DNA of 63,965 nt, counting the filler, from Basidioascus undulatus (Eukaryota): assembly GCA_000826855.1 (NCBI GenBank). It is 3 parts of 3 records of this genome, joined end to end, with 100 filler letters (N's around TTAATTAATTAA, not from the genome) between each part and the next. Parts side by side here need not be neighbours in the genome. Positions count along the whole stretch, not along the records: positions 42,767 to 63,965 come from JTLS01000340.1; 2 more parts are not named here. One strand, written 5' to 3'. Below are positions 53,108 through 63,965 of the stretch, in pieces; the stretch's first letter is position 1, and every line of letters starts with the position of its first letter. The notes beneath the pieces are model-generated. The model was not told the origin of the DNA and ran no database searches. It worked only from the letters and a program-made list of their open reading frames with translations. A program made the translations under genes and the position numbers.

Positions 53108-54935
53108 GAGTGAACGGAGGTGAGGGGAAGCGAGTTTGGTGTGGGAAGTCTCGAGGTTGAGCAGACGATTGGTGGAAAGAGGAGAAGGGCAGCTGCCAAC
53201 GCACGCAGAAAGAAGAACAGGCGACCGACCCACATGACACCCGGACGGGCCGTTGTCTGCCCATACCCGCAGCCTTCCAATCGCCCCAAGAAGCCCCTCA
53301 ACACATATGCGGCATCCCCCAAAGTAGGTTATTCTCTCTTGGGCGGTTGGAAGCGGGGGGCGATGTTTCAGTACTTACAAGGAGCAACGGTGTGCGAAAG
53401 TGCTGCGATGGTCGTATGAAATCAATCGCGGCAGGGCCGGTGGGTCGAAGGGGGCGATCGGAGTGACAGAATGTTACTTCAATATCTCCCAGGTAAAATA
53501 CAGCATCCTTGAATAAAAAAGAGGACTTGCGCCGCCGAGGAAACCGTCCAGCACGGCGGAGGCTGAGGTGAGGCCCTTCTGAGTTTCCAACCAGACGACA
53601 GCAGCCGAAGAGCCCGCTGCTCTCATCAAAGGAGGCCCTCAGTATTAGTCTCCTCCTTGCTCCTTTCAAGGAGCGAGCTGGAAGCAATATCAGTATAGAG
53701 GCGTCGTCTATCCTTGCGCTCGATTCGATCTCGCTCGCTGCCTGAGAGGTGGTCAATTGCTTCCAGTGAACCTCTGCTCGAAAGTCAAGTCCCTAGAGTA
53801 TTTGATTCTTAAAGATTACTTCATACTCGGCCTCAGTCTTTGTTCTGCTGTACGCGCTTACTCCAGGCTCTCGCAACGTCAGGTCCACCTCCCGCTCCTC
53901 CTCGTTCTTGTCAAAGGCACAACTACCTGGCCCCGTAATGAGACTTTGTAATACCTTCCCTGAATTTGAATACACTAAAGGTCATTCATGGGAAGAAGGA
54001 AGGATTTGCTGGCTCCGTGTCAGCCCAACTGTGCACAGTCCGAAGTCGTGAGCATTGCGATTCACAACGCTGAACGAGGAAGACGCACACGCCGGTCTTC
54101 AAGCGTGAGCCACTGCCCAAAAAGTTCCGCACAGACTGCTCAAGCACCGTAATTCTTCATTGCTGATTCTCCCACCCTTCAACGGACCTTCGATCGCCTG
54201 TCTTCGTTCCCCTCGACATTTCGCACATATCATCGCATGTTTGGCCAAGCCATCACACCCGCTGGCCTATGGGCACGAGGATGAAGTCCAAATCACACTT
54301 TGTTCCTTTACTCTCGTCCCGCACAGCCCCAGAGACGCTACGCTCCGCCACCTTTACTCTTCGCTTTCGTTCATTTAGGACATGGCCTTCACGCAGGCAC
54401 TTCGTCACCTAGGGTGCACCTTCTGCATGATCTATCGCTTCGCCGCTCTTACAAATACTGTAAGTTTGGCATACGGCTACGCGCAACTTTTCGGTTTCAC
54501 TTCACCGGCTCCTGACCTCTTCTTCGGTTCGACCAACCATTCCTAGGTATGCTGTGTATCTTGGTATTGCCCAGCATTCTAGAACAGAACAGAGGTCACC
54601 CAACTGCCACTCGCACTTTAGGACGAGGCGTGCCAAGACCGTCTGAGCTGCCAAGTGGGTCATCGCGCAGCGCTCTTCATAGGCCAACTGCTAGTTGGTC
54701 AGAACTTGTTCCCTCCTCAAGTGATCAGTATTCAAGGCGGTGCTAGAGCCCCCATACCTTGTAGGCGCAGGCTGTGCGACAGCGTTGCATTTGCGCCGGT
54801 GGAATTCGGACTGTGAGCAAGGGCTTGGACATATAAACTGACTGTCAGACGTCTTTTGCCTCCTTGGACCGACCTTCCAACGCCCACTCTCAGCACACTC
54901 ATCGGCTGAAACGCAGCTATTCGCGATACATCAAC

Positions 54936-56322
54936 ATGCTGCCCTCCTCCAACCCTCGCCTTCTCCTCCTCGCCTCGCTCTTCTCCCTCTCTGCCCTCAA
55001 CGCCTCCGCCGCTCCACACCGGGACACTTCGCTCGCGCTGCGCCAGCTCGAGAACGTCGACGACGCAATCCCAGACGAGAGTCCTCTTGACAACCTCGCG
55101 GATATTCTCGACGACGTGAATGATGATGGGGACGACAGGGACGATTTCCCGGCATCGTGCCGCGATATCTGCAGTCCATTCGCGAACGCGCTGAGAGTGC
55201 GTCCTCTTTCAGTCTCCTACCTTTACTTCCCTTACCGTCATTAGCCTCACAACCCATCACTCTCGCAGAGCTGCCAAGCGGAAAACTCTGATGATGTCGC
55301 GCGCCGCAACTGCATGTGCGGCGCCGACAACCGCAGCCTCATCGACTCATGCGTCAACTGCCTGGTCGCTGAGCCCGAAACGAGGCACTGGAAAGCAGAC
55401 GACAAGCGGGATGCGGAGGAGAAGCGGCGGGGTAAGCAAGCCTTTTCTTCATTTCCCCTTGCAAAGCGAGCACAACCACTTACATCAGGTGGGGATGGAT
55501 CGGACAGAGTTCTACAACACCTGCCCGGCCGACAACGGGAGCAACTCCACCGGTGCGGCTGCGAGCGCTGGGCTCGGGAACATCGACGACGCCATCCCGG
55601 ATGACAGCCCGCTCGATGACCTGGCTGACATCTTGGACGACGCGGACGACGACAACAATGACGACGACTTCCCTGCTGAGTGCCATGAGACTTGCACGCC
55701 ATTTGCAAATGTGCTGAGGGTACGTCCCCCCTTTTTTTTTCTCACGATATTCATTCCCTGTGTCCTCTTATCCTCTTCGCAATGCGCTCACGCTCCCTTA
55801 CGTCTGCAGAGCTGCCAGTCCGACAACTCCTCCCACTCCGCCCGGCGTAGCTGCATGTGCAGCGCGGGCAACCGCAGCCTCGTCGACCAGTGCGTGCAGT
55901 GCCTCATGTCCACGACGGAGACGGGCGACTGGGACGCGGAGGACAAGCGCGACGTGCAGCAGAAGCAGCGGGGTGCGTGCTGCGTTCCCTTTTTCTCTGC
56001 TTCTTCCTTCCAAATGTTCATGGCCATGTTGGATGGTTAGCGTTCTACAATACCTGCCCTGCCGACTCGACCGCGGGCTCTAACGCGAGCAGCACGTCCA
56101 CTTCAACCGGGGAAGCCGCGAGCGGTACCACTGGCTCTGGATCCGTGCAGACGAACGAGGAGAGCGCCGCCCCGGGCCAGCGCTTCACTTCTACTGGTAA
56201 GCTCTTTTCATCAGGAAAAAGTCTGTCCAAGCCAGCTATCGCTGACCGCATCGCCTTGCTCGTGTGGTACAGGTTTCGCCCTCGCTGCGGGTGTCGTGGC
56301 GCTTGGAAGCGTCCTTGTATGA
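54936..56322 (+). CDS. secreted, probably GPI-anchored protein with two tandem acidic 8-Cys domains
   Basis: Signal peptide; two units of DDAIPD.SPLD.LADILDD..DDFPAxC-x3-C-x9-C-x12-CxC-x10-C-x2-C-x28-C; S/T-rich stalk; hydrophobic tail GFALAAGVVALGSVLV*. Five clean GT-AG introns. TATAAA at about 54832. Confidence 0.85.
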
Positions 56323-56933
56323 TTTCTAGGTCGATACGAAGGTAGAGCTGGCTTCTATACTCCTATTCTTCTGTATTATCAAGTGAAGCTCACCATTCCT
56401 GTAGGAAACGCTCTGCAGCACTGACAATGGTGGGATGGCATGCAAGCAACGGACATTGGCTGCCTTCTCACTTTCTTACGAACTCTGAATGATCTCTGCA
56501 CTATGAACTCCGGACCCTTTTGCAATTTCCTTCGAGCTATGAATGTAACCTTTACAAAGCGTGATAGTGATAGTATGTGCACTTCCGAAGGACATGCACT
56601 TGAAATTGCGGCACCTACTTCATTGGGTAATAGAAGCCCCGATGGGTAGAAGATGGTACCCAAGTAAGAGAAACCCAAATCAGCCTGTCTGCCTTCGCCT
56701 GAGGCTGCCCTCCGCGAGCTTATAGATGACGGCAGAGCCGCAGGGAGACGACACAACCTCTTGCAGAAGGCAGCTGAACGGTTTGCATGGATGCCAGAGT
56801 CACCTGTACGTCTCAACGCGACCATGCAGCATTTACTTCACTCTTCAAGTCACTGGAATTAAATCACAGCGTGCTCGCCGTCATCATGCAATTAAACCAC
56901 CACCCGCAGCGTCCACCCCCGCCCCGCCCCGCC

Positions 56934-58220
56934 TCACTGCCCGCCCTTCCTCGAGTCGCACTGCTTCGCCTCCAGCCGGATCCCCCTTCCCTCCCACACA
57001 TCCTTCGTGCCGTCGCCCTTGGGCGGTGGCTCGGGCATGTACGAGCGCACTTCGGCCTTGCGCTTCCTGTCCACGCCCAAGCGCAGGTCGCGGTCGTCCA
57101 GCAGTCCGGGAGGGGCTTGATCCTCGGATAGGTAAGAGCTCATTAATTTCGGGAGCCTTCGGGGAGCGGGGGTGAGTGGGGTAGACGCGAAGGTGGGGGG
57201 GTGGGGAGAGGTGAGAGGAGACGCACCCGAGGGGAAGCTTGTCGCCCCGGTCGACCTGCCAGAAATGGAACCTGCTCTTGCCACCCTCATCAGCTTCTAG
57301 CACATAGGAAGAATGAAAGCATCCACACACGTCTTGCCGTACCACCTGACAATCTGCTCCATCTCCTTGTTCTCCGCGGCCTCCCACGCGGCCTCGGGCA
57401 CGCCCGCAGGCTTAGGCATGATCAGCATGCCGGTTTTGACCTCCCCGATCTGTGTCCTCCCAGTTCAGCGTCAGTAAGTGAAGAAGAAGTGCAGGGAGGG
57501 GAGGGGAGGGGATGGGACGCGCATGCATGTGCCACAGCTTCTGCTCCTCCGCGTCGAGCGTGTCGAAGTTCCGCTCGGAGATCATGTACTCCACGCCTGC
57601 CCGTAAGAGTACCAAACTATCAGCCTTCCATTTTTTTCGAGAAAGGAAGCGATGGACGTTGGGCGGAAAGCGAGGACGCACCGATAAGTCGAGCGTCCGG
57701 CTTGTCCGAGTCGTAGATGATGCATTGGCGGAGATCCTCGTTAAGATGGCCTTTTATGTGGGAATTTCAGGGCCTGAACAGGAAAAGGAAAATGGAAAAG
57801 GCGGACTGCAGTAGTGGTACGCTGCGCAAACCGAACGCGTTGTCAGCCGTGCGCACTGTCAGCTGCTGGACCAGGGGAACGCACCCTCAACGTGCCGCTT
57901 GATGTCGTCAGCGTACCTGCAAATTTAAAAGGGAAGATAAAGCACAAGCGTAAGCGACAAAGCGCCCGGGATGCGCCTCGAGCGGAATATCCACGCACAC
58001 GTGAAACGCGTTCAGATACGCGCACACCTGCTTGATGGGCGTGAAGGTCTGAGTAGCCCCTTCAGAATCGAGAAATACTCAGAGTCAGATATCGAGTTCA
58101 AGATCTCTGAGCTCGAAAGATATCGAACGGACCAGCAAGTGTGTTCAGCACTTTGTTCTGCGTGGAAAGCTCCTCGCCCTGCGCGCCGTGCGCGCACTTG
58201 TTGCGGATGTCCTCGGTCAT
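56934..58220 (-). CDS. DUF1264 / oil-body-associated-protein-like
   Basis: [60 protein letters not shown](F)[14 protein letters not shown](L)PKLM. Confidence 0.88.
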
Positions 58221-61200
58221 GGCTGTCGTAAGTCTTCGATCGATTGAGCTTGAAAGGAGTCCGAAAGGGTCAGTGAGAGAAGAGGATGAGAGGTGAGGGC
58301 GAAGTAGAGGGATTGGAGGAAGGGAGAAGCGGATGTGGTTGAATGGAGTGCGTCATAGGCCGCTCACCGCTCGGCCGGGAAGAGTGGCTCCAACGGGGAG
58401 GAGGGGAGCGTCGCGGATGAACGGGAAACGGAAAAGTAGCTGTCGGGAGTCTGGTTGGTTGAGGGATTCGGTGCCGGGTGAAAGATGCCGAAACCTGCGT
58501 CGCGGAATACGCGACTCCCGAGCCTCCTATTGCAAAGCTGTGATATGCAGCTTTTGGTAACGAGAGCTCTAGGTTCTACCATTGAATACCCTTTTTATAG
58601 CTTTTGGAAGTTGGAAATCAGGGAGGGAGCAACGGGGATTAGCAACACGCATCGCCACGGCAGCGAAGGCTGTGAGCTCTCACTGTCGCCTTTTACCAAC
58701 GGCTGGAAGAGCTAGGTCCCTACGGAGGGTGTTATGGACAGAATGGGCGAGGAAGGACCTCGGGAAAGTGAGCAAAACGAAATGTAGATTGCTTGCTTGC
58801 GAAGGTCGTCCTGATGAAAGTTTTCGTTACTGCGCCTCCGTTGGGACGTGGAGCAGCGTACGGCTTGCCTTGAAGGCGGGATTCCGTTGTGTAAAGTGTA
58901 AAGAGGTAAATTAGTTGAACTCTTGTGAATCCGTATAGGAAGCACATTGAGAGTATGCTGGAACCCTCAGTTCGACAGAGCAGGCCGGTCGGCCCGCTAA
59001 ACCTCCTCGCGACTGATTCAAGCGTGTTCTTTTGCGATATTTAAAGGAAGATTTTCTGTTCAGGTTGTGCGGGACCGATTAACCTGGTTGGCTTGCTTCG
59101 TCCAGTGTGAGCGCCGCACGGCAGGCCGCAGAACTTGCACCTACCGTCCTCCTGACGATGTTCCTGGCTACGCCAACTGGTGAAGGAGATTTCACTTCTA
59201 GTTTATTCCCACACATAGATTAATCAAATGACTAGGCTTGCGACACTGACCGATACGCCTCGGCAGCTGCAAGGCAGTTGACCCATGCAGTCCGCCGCCC
59301 CTATCGAAAATCAACCCCCTTTCAGCTTGACCTGACAAAGGAGGACCTAATACTCCTTTAAATAGCGTTGTTGCAGGCTATTGGCCGTTGCATGCCACAA
59401 CAATCGCGCGCTCCACCGCCTCGCTGTGCAAGCTTCCCCTGGGCAGTGGTCCGAGTGACCGCTCAATAGCACTGATATACGTGGGGATCTAAAGGAGTAG
59501 AATTCAATTTATGCATTCGAGTGATTCTCCCCTAGAACAGATAGAAGGCTTGGGTGCCGGTGGAAGTGCTCATGACGACAGTGTGCCGCCAGGCCGGGGA
59601 CTCTCAAACATTTTCTGTCGTTGTCTGAGCACCAAGGGCTGCAATTGGTTGGGGTTATACAAGATTATAAAACATAAATCGACTGGTCTGTAGCTTTCCG
59701 ATGAAACCACGTTAAGCACTCTGCATTGTACTGGGCTAAGTCCGTAATGGACAGCTCTGAATCGCCTTTTGCGGAGCTAAGTTTGGTTTACGAGTCTACG
59801 GAATGAGTTGAGAGCTTCATACTTTCAAATTCGTATTTGCTAACCCACCTTACTGTGTATAATCGCGCAGGCGTACCCTATAATCAGCACTGCGCATCGG
59901 ACTTCGCCTCGGAAGGATCTGGATTGCGGTCCTTACCCGTAATAAGATACATATCACCTTTCCATCCATATCTACCCTCAAAACATCGCAGCGAGCGCAA
60001 GAAGTCTTATGGCTCTGGCTCATGCGCCCTGGCTCGCCGACGAGCGTTCGATGCTGAAGTACATGCGGGCATGAAACCCGGACGGGTTCTCTTACTTTCT
60101 GCGCTTTATACCCTGCCGAAAATTCGGCCTCGATGGTTCTGCCACCCATCTAGCTCTTCGTTCCGGCGCCTCACCCCGCAGCGGTCAAAGAAGAGCAAAG
60201 CGCGCCGCGGCACGACTCGGTCGTCGGCCTCCTCAATCATCCCGGCGTTTGGTCGCTTGGTCATTGACTATAAACTTGTGGGATGAAGTGCAGAGTTAAG
60301 GGAGTATCTCCTTACGGGAGTGAGCGTGCCAAATTGACCTGGTAAGAGGCTGCAGCTGACTGGGTTTCACTGAATGCGTACGCTGCCGCGCAGGCGGGCA
60401 TAGCAAGAGCAACGCGGTTTGCACCCATTGATCTGAGGCTTTTTACTGATACTTATGAAACACAGCCGAGCAACCATGCACCAGAACGAGTGGCTATCAG
60501 ACGCTTGAGTTACAAAGGTGCGCTACCACCAAAGCCATTGGCCGATGCGCTCCCCGCCACTGTTTCTGTCGATCTTGAGCCGGAGCTCACCCTTGGATGA
60601 CATTGGGGCACACTAGCCCAGGGATAGAAGCTAACCTATGATGTCGAAGAGTGTGAGTGCAGATGTCGGGCTGCTGAATGTTACGAGACTCAGGAGCGCT
60701 TGCGGGCCTGCATCCCTCGTTTAGCTCGCGGCCACAACGGCTTAACGATTGAGATTAAAAACACCGTTGGCTGTCCTACACTCCACGTCTCCTTCCCAAT
60801 CGTTCTGGGCTTCTGACGCGAGCTTGAACCACAGCCCGTACCAAATTTCGCCTCGGGTTACAGTCTTGTGCCGCATGCGCGCAGTAGGACTTGCCTTTTA
60901 AATATAGCGACTCAAGTGATTTCCCTTGAAAGGCAGCGGACCGGAGTGTCTCTGCGGATAACTAGCATGTGGTGAATCGAGGGACTTGCGGCGGACTTAC
61001 TGCAGTGTTGAGAGGCTTCGGGCCTCGGTCCAGCTCTGAGCGTGAGATTTTGAAATGATCCAGAAACTTCTGTTGCTGCATGCAAGCAGTTTCAGCTTTG
61101 AATCAGCCGATACAAGCGAAAGAGACGTGCAAGAAGGGAAGAGGGAAAGCGAAAAGGCTGCTTGCTGTTCAGGTCGAGCTGTCAGCCCGTCATCCAACCC

Positions 61201-61292
61201 TCTCCAGAAATTCCCGCGCAAGTTCTCCCTTCGCCTCGCCTCGCATTCTGCCTTCGCCATCGCCATCATCATCCGCATTCTCTTCACTCGCC

Positions 61293-63604
<2,312 letters not shown>

Positions 63605-63965
63605 GTGGGCGGGAGGAGGGGAGGCTTGAGTGGGCGGGAGGAGGGGGAGGAAGGGGACTGGGATGCCGGAGCGGGGGCATGGAGCTTCGTTTTTGTTATC
63701 TTTTTAGTCCTTAGCTAATTCTTTTCTATAACAGCTGGGCAAGCCATGTACAGGATGAGGGAGTGTGGACAGAAGGACACAGACCAAGAGGTGAGAGTGC
63801 CTGATGAGTGGAAGTCAGTTTAGGGTTTTAGAAGATATGGGGAACACTCGACACATCATCAGACACATACACCCGTTCACTCACTGGCACGCACGACATG
63901 ACAACAGTGACGTACAGTAAGACTAAAGACGTGCCCAGGGGTGTCAAGGGAACCGGTAAAGACCT

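Noticed and set aside
58230..61280. 3-kb intergenic region examined for tRNA, snRNA or transposon
   Set aside because: No cloverleaf, terminal repeats or coding motifs recognisable by eye; tRNAscan/Infernal would be needed to exclude them.

Overview
Eukaryotic, GC-rich, very intron-dense fungal DNA. A basidiomycete, probably Pucciniomycotina-like, is inferred from intron style and protein families. The window is three contigs of about 21 kb (1-21291, 21392-42666, 42767-63965) joined by artificial N44-TTAATTAATTAA-N44 linkers, so no linkage can be read across them. Genes that appear intact: a catalytically altered alpha/beta-hydrolase-fold protein, an importin-13-like karyopherin, a secreted AA7/BBE FAD oxidase, an ECM4-type glutathione transferase, a WDR7-like protein, QCR6, an MRX11/FLILHELTA protein, a two-repeat Cys-rich GPI-type surface protein, a DUF1264 protein and KRR1, plus contig-edge fragments of probable Snf5-like and Fip1-like genes. 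Between them lies a dense set of decayed accessory genes: a GH10 xylanase, a second hydrolase paralog, an F-box/LRR gene, two MYND genes, an intronless tectonin-like lectin, a Zn2Cys6 factor and two GFA genes. There are also LINE and DIRS/Ngaro relics and two abutting palindromic minisatellite arrays. Highlights: consecutive 2-nt and 4-nt microexons in QCR6; a 3-nt microexon conserved in both hydrolase paralogs; a hydrolase family lacking the catalytic Ser/His; a possibly horizontally acquired lectin; and an unrecognised small domain present twice around WDR7. Exon boundaries were worked out by hand and no database searches were run.
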